Shown: positions 1 to 7,923 of the stretch, piece after piece
Position numbering within the stretch: position 1 is the stretch's first letter
Layout of the letters: the number at the start of each line of letters is the position of its first letter
The notes under the pieces: model-generated
Told to the model about the DNA's origin: nothing
The model's database searches: none
What the model saw: the letters and a program-made list of their open reading frames with translations, nothing else
NCBI GenBank assembly: GCA_045106895.1
Contig: JBGCFM010000247.1
Location: 1-19,512 of the forward strand
From: Polyangiales bacterium
Lineage (GTDB): Bacteria > Myxococcota_A > Polyangia > Polyangiales > Houyiibacteriaceae
Reading direction: 5' to 3'
DNA length: 19,512 nucleotides
Program-made: the position numbers and the translations under genes

Positions 1-2
1 CC

Positions 3-794
3 GAGATCCCACGCACTGCGCATTGGGGCGTACGTGAGCACGGCATGGGTTCGGCCATCAACGGCATGGCGCTGTTTGGCGGCGTGATCCCTTTCGGCGC
101 GACCTTCCTAATCTTCAGCGACTACGTCCGGCCTTCATTGCGTCTCGCGGCGCTCATGAAGCAGCGCACGCTCTACGTGTTCAGCCACGACTCCATCGGC
201 CTCGGCGAGGATGGACCCACGCATCAGCCCGTGGAACAGCTCGCGGCGCTTCGTGCGATTCCAGGCTTCGCCGTCTTCCGGCCCGCCGATGCGAACGAAG
301 TGCGCGAAGCGTGGATCGCGATGGTTCGCTACGAAGGGCCGTCCTGCATCGTGACCACTCGGCAGTCGGTGCCTACGCTTGAGCGAAGCGAGAGCACAGC
401 GGCGACGGGCCTTCACAGGGGCGGCTACGCGGTGGTTGAAGCCGAGAGCCCAGACGTGGTCCTCGTCGGCACAGGTTCCGAGCTTCACCTCGCGACGGAA
501 GCGGCGCTGCGCCTCAAGGACGAGGGCGTGAGCGTTCGCGTCGTCAGCATGCCTTGCGTGGAGCTCTACGGAGCGCAGGACGAAGCCTATCGTGAGGCGC
601 TCATTCCAAGCGGAACACCCGCCGTCGTCGTCGAGGCGGGCATTCGGCAGGGATGGGATCGCTGGGTCGGTGCCAAGTCGCGCTTCGTGACTCTTGAGCA
701 CTTCGGCGCATCGGCGCCATTCGAGACGCTCTACAAGGAGTTCGGCATTACGAGTGACGCTGTATACGACGCGGCGAAGTCTCTGTTGAAGTGA
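3..794 (+). CDS. tkt: Transketolase, C-terminal part (5'-truncated by window edge)
   Basis: Frame is open from position 3 (EIPRTAHWGVREHGMGSAING). Motifs FLIFSDY, SHDSIGLGEDGPTHQPVEQL, RPADANE, GTGSE, VVSMP and FGASAP are present. Confidence 0.96.
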   Translation, partial: EIPRTAHWGVREHGMGSAINGMALFGGVIPFGATFLIFSDYVRPSLRLAALMKQRTLYVFSHDSIGLGEDGPTHQPVEQLAALRAIPGFAVFRPADANEVREAWIAMVRYEGPSCIVTTRQSVPTLERSESTAATGLHRGGYAVVEAESPDVVLVGTGSELHLATEAALRLKDEGVSVRVVSMPCVELYGAQDEAYREALIPSGTPAVVVEAGIRQGWDRWVGAKSRFVTLEHFGASAPFETLYKEFGITSDAVYDAAKSLLK

Positions 795-800
795 GTCGAG

Positions 801-821
801 GCTTGTAGCTGAGCTACGGGC
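801..821. terminator. Short hairpin between convergent tkt and tpx
   Basis: GCTTGTAGC-TGA-GCTACGGGC stem with two G-U pairs and no U-tract. Confidence 0.3.
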
Positions 822-1309
822 TAGAGCGCGGCGAGGGCGGCGTCGTAGTTGGGCTCTTCAACGATCTCGGGGACGAGCTCGCTGTAGATGACCTTGTTGT
901 TCTCGTCCACGACGAGGACAGCGCGTGCCGTGAGACCTTGGAGCGGTCCGCCTTTCATGGTGACGCCGTAGTCGTCGCTGAAGGTGGAGCGGAAGGTGGA
1001 GAGTGGGACCACAGCGTCGACGCCGTCGGCGGCGCAGAATCGCTTCTGGGCGAAGGGGAGGTCAGCGCTGATCATCAGGACGCTGACGTCCTTGCCGGCG
1101 GCTTTGCTGTTGAACGCCACCGCTGCTTTTTTGCAGACGCCGGTGTCGTAGCTCGGGTTGATGGTGAGGACCTTCTTGCCGGGAAAATCGGCGAGCGATT
1201 TCTCTTGGAGGTCGGCGCCCACGAGGGTGAAGGGAGGAGCGTCTGCTCCGACGGAAGGAAGCTCGCCGTTTAGTTCAACGGGGCCGCCCTTAAAGGTGAT
1301 TGTTGCCAT
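821..1309 (-). CDS. tpx: Thiol peroxidase (Tpx-type atypical 2-Cys peroxiredoxin)
   Basis: MATITFKG start, PSYDTGVC (peroxidatic Cys), [12 protein letters not shown] (resolving Cys), [16 protein letters not shown]; 162 aa. Confidence 0.95.
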   Translation of the reverse strand: MATITFKGGPVELNGELPSVGADAPPFTLVGADLQEKSLADFPGKKVLTINPSYDTGVCKKAAVAFNSKAAGKDVSVLMISADLPFAQKRFCAADGVDAVVPLSTFRSTFSDDYGVTMKGGPLQGLTARAVLVVDENNKVIYSELVPEIVEEPNYDAALAAL

Positions 1310-1378
1310 GGAGCGGACCCTAGTGCCTGATTCGTCGAAACGGAAGGGTGCCTGATTCCGGAAACCAGAACACGGCCG

Positions 1379-3061
1379 TTACTTGCGGTGTTCCAGCTCC
1401 GGCGCGGTGCGGAAGAAGCCGTTGCGCTCCGGGTCATTGTAGACCTTGTAGTCGATGTTCCACGGCGTGATGTCCACGCTCTCCGACGACATACGCATGG
1501 TCATCGCTTTGGGTGTGACGCTTCGGTAGCTCGAGTTGGCTGGAAGGTCCCCGTTGTCGGCGCCGCCGGCGGAGAAGAGCGTGATGAGCGTGATGTTCTC
1601 GTCGTCGTAGGTCCGCGCGAAGCCGTCGTTCATCTTCTCGTGGCCGCGGACCAGGGTGTGGCAGCCGATGCGCTGGAGAAACGCCGTGGCCTGCAGGCGT
1701 CCGAAGGGGAAGCGCGCAGATTGGTCCTGCAGCGCCGCGGGGATAACATCGGCGGAGCTGGGGTCGCTCCACATCATCTGAAAGCGAGCGTCTGCGTCGT
1801 TGAGGAAGGAGAGGTCTTTGTACTTCTCCTTGATGAGGCTGTCCCTCGGGATGCCGCCATGCACGAAGAGCGATTCCCCGAAGACGAGAGCGGAAGGCAT
1901 CGCTTCAAAGAGGCGCATGTAGTGGCGGAATACGTCGATGGGCAGATGGGGCTTGAGCGTGTTGATGGCCTCTGCCGGTTTTACGCCGCCATACACTTGG
2001 CCTTTGTACTCGAGGTAAAACTCGTGATTGCCGCGAAGCACAACGACGTGCTCAGGCGCGCGCTTGAACATCTGTAGAACGGTGCGCAGAACGCCGTTGA
2101 GGCTGAAGAGGCCGCGGTCGATGTAGTCGCCGAGGAGGACGAGGAGCGGCTTCGGTGAACCCGTGGGGTCTTTGCGGTACTCCGTCACCTTCTGAAAGAA
2201 GTCGGCCTGCATCACCGCGCTCTTGAGGCAGCTGTAGCAACCGTGCAGGTCACCGAGCACCGTGAGCTCGTACTTTTGGCCCGGTTCAATGGGGTGGACG
2301 TGAATGTGTCCGTCCAAGAAGGGAGCGCCGGTGAACTCCGAGAAGTTCTGCTTTCCAACCAGCTTGCCGTCGCCGTCGTGACGCATGCCGCCCCAGATGT
2401 TCATGACGTCATCCAAGAGCTGCCGGTCCGCTTCGATCTGCTGATGAATCCGGCCTTCCTCGAGGGAGTAGTGGTGCTCGATGGGATGAAAGAAAGGGTG
2501 GTCCACGGAAGGCGGCGGCAACTGAACGGGGCCTGCGATGGTCGTTCGCGCGTGGGGGACTTCGTCGATGAGCTCCACTTCGAACTCGGACTGGAAGAGC
2601 GAGAGCAGCTCCGCACGGAACTTTACCTCCGCCGGATGAACTTCGCCGTCTGCTTCGATGAGCTCGTCCATGGCTTCGAGGAGCATCTCTTGGCTCTCAC
2701 GGTCGAAGGACTCGAAGAGCTCAAAGCAGCGGAGCTTGAGCTTCGCCTCGATGAACACGTCTTGGTCTTCGTCGCCAGCGACTGCTTCCGTGAAGAGCTC
2801 CTGGACGTGTTGGTCGACGTTCTCGAAGACCTCGTGGAAGTGCTTTGTGAAGCGTGCTTTGAGTTCGGCCTTGAGCTCGACCTTCGCGTCGGGCATCGCC
2901 GAATCGACGCGGCCTGCCACGAGGCGTTCGATGTAGCCTCGTACGAAGTCGCGTTCGCTTTGATCGAAGTCGCCGTCGATATACCCGAACGTCGTCAGGT
3001 AGAAGATGACGGCTCGCATCTGTTGGTCGGCCACTTGAGGATCACTGGAAAAGCGGAGCAT
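1379..3061 (-). CDS. TerB-like domain fused to PPP-family Ser/Thr protein phosphatase (about 560 aa)
   Basis: C-terminal motifs GDLHG, GDYIDRG, LRGNHE, VHGG, WSDP, RGHE and TLFSA. N-terminal helical region has two TerB-type motifs, GYIDGDFDQSE and EADGEVHPAE. Start placed at ATG 3061 (MLRFSS), which has TATGGT 6 nt upstream; the longer ORF to 3286 would overlap the feoA promoter and start. Confidence 0.85.
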   Translation of the reverse strand: MLRFSSDPQVADQQMRAVIFYLTTFGYIDGDFDQSERDFVRGYIERLVAGRVDSAMPDAKVELKAELKARFTKHFHEVFENVDQHVQELFTEAVAGDEDQDVFIEAKLKLRCFELFESFDRESQEMLLEAMDELIEADGEVHPAEVKFRAELLSLFQSEFEVELIDEVPHARTTIAGPVQLPPPSVDHPFFHPIEHHYSLEEGRIHQQIEADRQLLDDVMNIWGGMRHDGDGKLVGKQNFSEFTGAPFLDGHIHVHPIEPGQKYELTVLGDLHGCYSCLKSAVMQADFFQKVTEYRKDPTGSPKPLLVLLGDYIDRGLFSLNGVLRTVLQMFKRAPEHVVVLRGNHEFYLEYKGQVYGGVKPAEAINTLKPHLPIDVFRHYMRLFEAMPSALVFGESLFVHGGIPRDSLIKEKYKDLSFLNDADARFQMMWSDPSSADVIPAALQDQSARFPFGRLQATAFLQRIGCHTLVRGHEKMNDGFARTYDDENITLITLFSAGGADNGDLPANSSYRSVTPKAMTMRMSSESVDITPWNIDYKVYNDPERNGFFRTAPELEHRK

Positions 3062-3200
3062 GCGGACACCATACCCCGGCTCGCGGCCCTCGTTCATGAT
3101 CTCGGCGCCGCTTTTCCTCAAATGTGCCGGCACGCCTCGCGTCCTATCGAAGGGCCGGCGGATGAGAGCTTCTCTGTCGAGGCACTCGACTTTCCTCTGG

Positions 3201-3229
3201 TTGCAGGCTTTGTTGAAAACGCTTATCAT
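3201..3229 (+). promoter_or_regulatory. Sigma70-type promoter of feoA, probably leaderless
   Basis: TTGCAG (3201-3206), 17-nt spacer, TATCAT (3224-3229), then 6 nt to the GTG at 3236. No clear Shine-Dalgarno. Confidence 0.65.
3214..3228. promoter_or_regulatory. Putative Fur box overlapping the feoA -10 element
   Basis: TGAAAAC-G-CTTATCA matches 11 of 14 positions of the 7-1-7 TGATAAT-N-ATTATCA consensus. It is an AT-rich patch in GC-rich DNA directly upstream of an iron-uptake operon. Confidence 0.65.
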
Positions 3230-3235
3230 TAGCAG

Positions 3236-3502
3236 GTGAGCAGTCTCGGAGAACTTAGAGTTGGCCAAAGTGCACATGTCCGTCACGTCGGATGTGACGG
3301 TCGCGTGCGTCTGCGCCTCCTCGAAATGGGCCTCCTGCCAGGCACGGAAGTCCGCGTCGTGCGCCGCGCGCCCATGGGCGATCCCATCGAGATTCGTTTG
3401 CGGGGCTACTCGCTTTCCATTCGAGGCACCGAAGCGACGGCCATCGACGTCGAGCTTCTCCCGAGCGAAACGCTGGACGCTGTGCTCTCGCCCGCCGAGT
3501 AA
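3236..3502 (+). CDS. feoA: Ferrous iron transport protein A
   Basis: RLRLLEMGLLPGTEVRVVRRAPMGDPIEIRLRGYSLSIR is the FeoA SH3-like signature; lies upstream of feoB. Confidence 0.95.
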   Translation: MSSLGELRVGQSAHVRHVGCDGRVRLRLLEMGLLPGTEVRVVRRAPMGDPIEIRLRGYSLSIRGTEATAIDVELLPSETLDAVLSPAE

Positions 3503-3526
3503 GGCCCTTCATTCTTGGTGCGAACA

Positions 3527-5719
3527 ATGACGAGCGAACGCGCGCCGGTGCTGGTCACCGGCAATCCAAACGCTGGAAAAACAACACTCTTCAACCGCCT
3601 GGCGGGGACGAGTGCGAGGACAGGCAACTACCCCGGCGTGACCGTGGACCGCCGCACTGCGGACATCGACATCGCCGGCAAACCGGTGTCCCTTATCGAC
3701 ATTCCGGGCACCTACAGCCTGAGCGCTCATTCGCCGGAAGAGCAGATCGCGGTCTCGTCGATTCTCCGTGCGCCGGAAAACGCGACGGCGGTGATCGTAC
3801 TCGACGCGACGGCCCTCGGACGTGGTCTCTACCTCGCGACACAGGTGCTTGAAAGCGGTGTGAAGTCCGTCGTGGCGCTGAACATGATGGACGAGGCACG
3901 GCAGAAGAAGATCGACATCGATGTTCCCGGGCTATCCAAAGCTCTGGGCGTGCCCGTCGTTCCCATCGTGGCGGCCACGGGTGAAGGGCTCGACGAACTT
4001 GGGCGTGCTGTTCACGACGCGACGCAGAGCACGCGCCAGCCCGTCGACGTCAACGACGAGTCAGGGGACTACCGAAGCGCTCAGTCCAGCGTAGGTGCTG
4101 CCCTGTCGGAGCTCGAGGCTATGTGCCTCGCTCATCCAGATTTTGGATCCGATGAAGCCAGAGCGCGCGCGTGGGCCGTGTGGCTCATGCTTTGCGTCGC
4201 CGAGGACGATGACCTCGACGTACCAGACGAGCTTCGTGAGGAGACCCTGCGTCAGCGCAAGTTGCTCGGCGATGTTGACATCGAGGAGGCCATCGTCGGC
4301 GCACGCTACGCGGACGTGGACCGTCTGTGCACGCGCTTCGTGCAGGCCGCCGAAACTGGAGAAACTTGGTCCGACCGCATCGACCGTGTGCTCACGCATC
4401 CTATCGCCGGGATGATCGCCTTTGCGTTGGTCATGATGGTGGTCTTTGAGGCGCTCTTCGCCTGGTCGGACCCGCTGATCGGTCTCGTGGAGAGCGGCGT
4501 CGCCATGCTTCAGGACCTCGCCCGCGAGGTCGTCCCCGCCGGGATGTTCCAAGACCTCCTCGCCGATGGCGTCGTTGCAGGTGTGGGCAACGTCGTGGTC
4601 TTCGTGCCGCAGATTGGCCTGCTCTTTCTGCTCATCGCGATTCTCGAAGACTCGGGCTATCTCGCCCGTGTCGCGTTTGTCATCGACCGCCTGATGGGGG
4701 CGGTCGGTCTGCATGGAAAGGCGTTCGTTCCGCTGCTCAGCGGCTTTGCGTGCGCCATCCCTGCGGTGATGGCGACGCGCACCATCTCCGATCGCAAAGA
4801 CCGCCTTGTCACGATGCTCGCCCTCCCGCTCATGTCGTGCAGCGCGCGCTTGCCGGTGTACGTGCTCATCACCGCCACGGTGTTCTCTGGCGAGGAACGC
4901 ATCGGCGGCATCATCAGCATTGGCGCCGCCGTGCTCTTTGCGATGTACGCGCTCTCCGTCGTCGCGACGCTCGCCGCCGCGGCGATCATGCGCCGGACGG
5001 TCCTAAAAGGCCCACGCCCAACACTGGTCTTGGAGCTGCCTCCTTACCGAAAGCCGCTCGTGCGGAACCTCTTTTCGGCGACGTGGCGGCGCGTGAAGAG
5101 CTTCCTCGTCGATGCCGGCACGGTCATCTTGGCGCTCACGATCATTCTTTGGGCACTGCTGAACTTCCCCAAGGACCACGACGCGATTGCGGACGCCGAT
5201 ACGGCGCGGGAAGAGTTAGCCGCCCTGGAGCTGCCGCCGGAAGAGCTCGAAGAGCGTACGGCGGTCATCGACGGCGCCGAAGCGCAGGCGCTTCTTGCGA
5301 ACTCCGCCGGCGGTCATCTGGGGCGCTTCATTGAGCCCGCCATCGAGCCCCTCGGGATGGACTGGCGCGTTGGCATCGGCGTTATAGGTGCCTTCGCCGC
5401 GCGTGAGGTCTTTGTCTCGACGCTCGGTGTGGTGTTTGGCATCAGCGACGCGGATGAGGAGAGTCAGTCTCTTCGTGAGTCCCTTCGGGAGGCGCGCCGG
5501 CCGGACGGAACGCTCGTGATGACACCCCTCGCAGGTATCGCCCTGATGGTCTTCTTCGTTCTCGCGTGTCAGTGCATGAGCACCATCGCCGTCGTTCGTC
5601 GAGAGTCGGGGACCTGGCGCTGGCCGATCTTCATGCTCGCCTATATGACGGCGCTCGCCTACGGCGCCTCGCTCCTCGTCTTCCAAGTCGGGAGCGCCCT
5701 CGGCTACGGGGGCGGTTGA
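3527..5719 (+). CDS. feoB: Ferrous iron transport protein B
   Basis: G1 GNPNAGKT, G2 NYPGVT, G3 DIPG, G4 NMMD. Membrane/gate motifs LEDSGYLAR, GFACAIPA, MSCSARLPVY, LELPPY and AAREVFVSTL. Start is ATG 3527 or GTG 3518. Confidence 0.96.
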   Translation: MTSERAPVLVTGNPNAGKTTLFNRLAGTSARTGNYPGVTVDRRTADIDIAGKPVSLIDIPGTYSLSAHSPEEQIAVSSILRAPENATAVIVLDATALGRGLYLATQVLESGVKSVVALNMMDEARQKKIDIDVPGLSKALGVPVVPIVAATGEGLDELGRAVHDATQSTRQPVDVNDESGDYRSAQSSVGAALSELEAMCLAHPDFGSDEARARAWAVWLMLCVAEDDDLDVPDELREETLRQRKLLGDVDIEEAIVGARYADVDRLCTRFVQAAETGETWSDRIDRVLTHPIAGMIAFALVMMVVFEALFAWSDPLIGLVESGVAMLQDLAREVVPAGMFQDLLADGVVAGVGNVVVFVPQIGLLFLLIAILEDSGYLARVAFVIDRLMGAVGLHGKAFVPLLSGFACAIPAVMATRTISDRKDRLVTMLALPLMSCSARLPVYVLITATVFSGEERIGGIISIGAAVLFAMYALSVVATLAAAAIMRRTVLKGPRPTLVLELPPYRKPLVRNLFSATWRRVKSFLVDAGTVILALTIILWALLNFPKDHDAIADADTAREELAALELPPEELEERTAVIDGAEAQALLANSAGGHLGRFIEPAIEPLGMDWRVGIGVIGAFAAREVFVSTLGVVFGISDADEESQSLRESLREARRPDGTLVMTPLAGIALMVFFVLACQCMSTIAVVRRESGTWRWPIFMLAYMTALAYGASLLVFQVGSALGYGGG

Positions 5720-5733
5720 GTGGAGGCGCGCTG

Positions 5734-5892
5734 ATGCACTGGCAAGAAGCGGCGACGTTGGTGACGGTGCTCGGTGCCGTGGCTTATCTTTTTTGGAAGA
5801 TGGGACCCAGCTCGCGTCCCAAGAAGCCGCGCAAGAAAAGCGGTCCGGATGTGCCGTTGCGGCGCCTCACGGAGAAGCGCCGCAAAAGCTAA
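5734..5892 (+). CDS. Small (52 aa) single-TM basic protein following feoB
   Basis: GGAGG at 5722-5726 precedes ATG 5734, 14 nt after the feoB stop. Sequence: MHWQEAATLVTVLGAVAYLFWKMGPSSRPKKPRKKSGPDVPLRRLTEKRRKS. Confidence 0.7.
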   Translation: MHWQEAATLVTVLGAVAYLFWKMGPSSRPKKPRKKSGPDVPLRRLTEKRRKS

Positions 5893-5930
5893 GCCTGGCG
5901 ACGACCTTCGTTCGTCGCTAGTGTTAGGTA

Positions 5931-6863
5931 GTGCCTACCAGTACCCCGCGCCGCAGCTTGAAGCTCGGCCGAAAGAAAGACGCGCGTAACCAGTTTCGAA
6001 CGCGTCACTTTGCCGGCCCACAGATTCACTGTGAGCAGCTCGATGGGCTGCGAATAGGACACATGACGGACCTACACGTCGGACGTATCACGCCCATGGA
6101 GGCGCAGTACGAGGCAGTGAAGATCGTCAACGAGTCTGGTGTGGATGCCGTGGCTATCACCGGCGACTTTGTGTGTCACAGCACGCTCTACCTCGACGAG
6201 CTGCGCGATGTGGTTTCGCGCATCGAAGCGCCTGTGTTCTGTGTCCTCGGCAACCACGACTATTGGTCGGACGCGAAGGAGGTTCGGTGGGCGCTCAAAG
6301 GAGCCGGCGCCGAGGTCCTGGAGAATCAGAACACGACCATCACCTTGCGTAGACAAGCGCTTCAGGTCGTGGGCCTCGATGACGCATACACGGGCCACGC
6401 GGACCGCGAGAAAGCGACGAAGGGTCTGGTGCGAAATCGCGCCACGCTTGGCCTCTCGCACATTGGCGAGGAGGCCGACGGGCTATGGCACGATGGTGTT
6501 CCCCTTGTGCTCTCGGGCCATACCCACGCGGGACAGATCACCGTTGCGCGACTTCATGAGCTCGCCGTTGGAAAGATCGCCGGGCACAAATACGTTCACG
6601 GCCTCTACGGAACTCGTAGCCATGAAGAGGTGGGCGGCGCTGTCTACGTAGGTGCAGGCGTCGGCGCGGCGGTGTTCGGGCTACGGCTTGGCGAGCGGGC
6701 CAAACGTGAGGTCACGATCTTCGACCTTGGCGAGCAAGCCTCGAACGTGGACGAACACCACGCGGAGCAGGCGCCGCATCGCGGGCGTAAGCCTTCTCCT
6801 CGCACACAGCAGAAGCGCCGTGAGGCCGTGGCGAAGAAGAAGGCGAAGCGCGAGCGCTCTTAG
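5931..6863 (+). CDS. Calcineurin-like metallophosphoesterase (YkuE/YaeI-like)
   Basis: Motifs TDLH, TGDF, LGNHD, LSH and LSGHTHAGQI. TAGTGT lies 6 nt upstream of the GTG start. Confidence 0.88.
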   Translation: MPTSTPRRSLKLGRKKDARNQFRTRHFAGPQIHCEQLDGLRIGHMTDLHVGRITPMEAQYEAVKIVNESGVDAVAITGDFVCHSTLYLDELRDVVSRIEAPVFCVLGNHDYWSDAKEVRWALKGAGAEVLENQNTTITLRRQALQVVGLDDAYTGHADREKATKGLVRNRATLGLSHIGEEADGLWHDGVPLVLSGHTHAGQITVARLHELAVGKIAGHKYVHGLYGTRSHEEVGGAVYVGAGVGAAVFGLRLGERAKREVTIFDLGEQASNVDEHHAEQAPHRGRKPSPRTQQKRREAVAKKKAKRERS

Positions 6864-6878
6864 CGAGCGCTCTAGCGC

Positions 6879-7823
6879 CTAGAGTCCAGCGAGGTAGTGC
6901 TCGGCTTCAAGCGCCGACATGCAGCCGCTTCCGGCGGCGGTGATGGCCTGGCGCCACTTCTTGTCTTGCACGTCACCACAGGCGAAGACGCCCTTGATGT
7001 TCGTCGCCGTGGAGTCTGGCGCCGTCACGATGTAGCCATCTTCGTCGGTGGTGATCTGACCCTCGAGGAACTTGGTGTTCGGCACGTGGCCGATGGCGAA
7101 GAAGAGACCCTTCACGTCGAGCTTCTTCGAGGAGTCGTCTTCTGTGGAGCTGACTTCGATCTGGTCGAGGAGGTCGCTTCCCGTCGCGGCCTTGAGCTGG
7201 TGGCTCCAAACGAACTCGATTTTCGGATTCGCCAGGGCGCGCTGCTGCATGATCTTCGAGGCGCGAAGCTCGTTGCGCCGAACGATGACGTAGACTTTGG
7301 AGGCGTACTTCGTCAGGAAGCCAGCTTCCTCCATGGCGGAGTCGCCGCCGCCGATGACGGCGAGGGGCTGGTTGCGGAACATCGGAAGCGCACCGTCGCA
7401 GACGGCGCAGGCGCTGATGCCGCGCATCCAAAGCTCATCGTCGCCGGTGCCGGGAACGTAGAGACGCTTCGCCGTGGCGCCGGTGGCGAGGATGATGCAC
7501 TTCGCTTCACCGTCCATGGAGTCTGCTTTGAACTTGAAGGTGTCTCCGCTGAAGTCGACGGAGTTGACGGTCTCCGTGATGATCTCCGTGCCAAAGCGAA
7601 CGGACTGGGCGCGCATGCGATCCATGAGGTCGGGTCCCATCACGCCTTCCGGGAAACCAGGGAAGTTCTCGACGTCGGTGGTGGTCGTGAGCTGTCCGCC
7701 GGCGGCGACGCCCGCGGCCATGAAGCCCTCGAACATGACGGGCTTGAGCTCAGCGCGGGCCGCGTAGATGGCGGCGGTGTGAGCAGCGGGGCCGGAGCCA
7801 ATGATGACGAGGTCGTGAACCAT
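6879..7823 (-). CDS. trxB: Thioredoxin-disulfide reductase
   Basis: IIGSGPA FAD motif, [16 protein letters not shown], active site [19 protein letters not shown] motif, [23 protein letters not shown]. Confidence 0.96.
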   Translation of the reverse strand: MVHDLVIIGSGPAAHTAAIYAARAELKPVMFEGFMAAGVAAGGQLTTTTDVENFPGFPEGVMGPDLMDRMRAQSVRFGTEIITETVNSVDFSGDTFKFKADSMDGEAKCIILATGATAKRLYVPGTGDDELWMRGISACAVCDGALPMFRNQPLAVIGGGDSAMEEAGFLTKYASKVYVIVRRNELRASKIMQQRALANPKIEFVWSHQLKAATGSDLLDQIEVSSTEDDSSKKLDVKGLFFAIGHVPNTKFLEGQITTDEDGYIVTAPDSTATNIKGVFACGDVQDKKWRQAITAAGSGCMSALEAEHYLAGL

Positions 7824-7923
7824 GTTCTTCCTATTCTTTTCTGAGCGGGGGATACGAGGCGCGATCTATCGCGCCGATCGCCGGCACGCGCAACCCCGCC
7901 GTGGCGGATGAGGAAGGAGCCGC

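Noticed and set aside
3062..3286. N-terminal extension of the 635-aa phosphatase ORF
   Set aside because: It overlaps the feoA start, promoter and Fur-like box. ATG 3061 (or 3097) is more plausible.
6850..6876. Duplicated palindromic GCGAGCGCTCT unit at the phosphoesterase/trxB junction
   Set aside because: It is very short. It could be a local duplication or weak hairpin, but there is not enough evidence of function.
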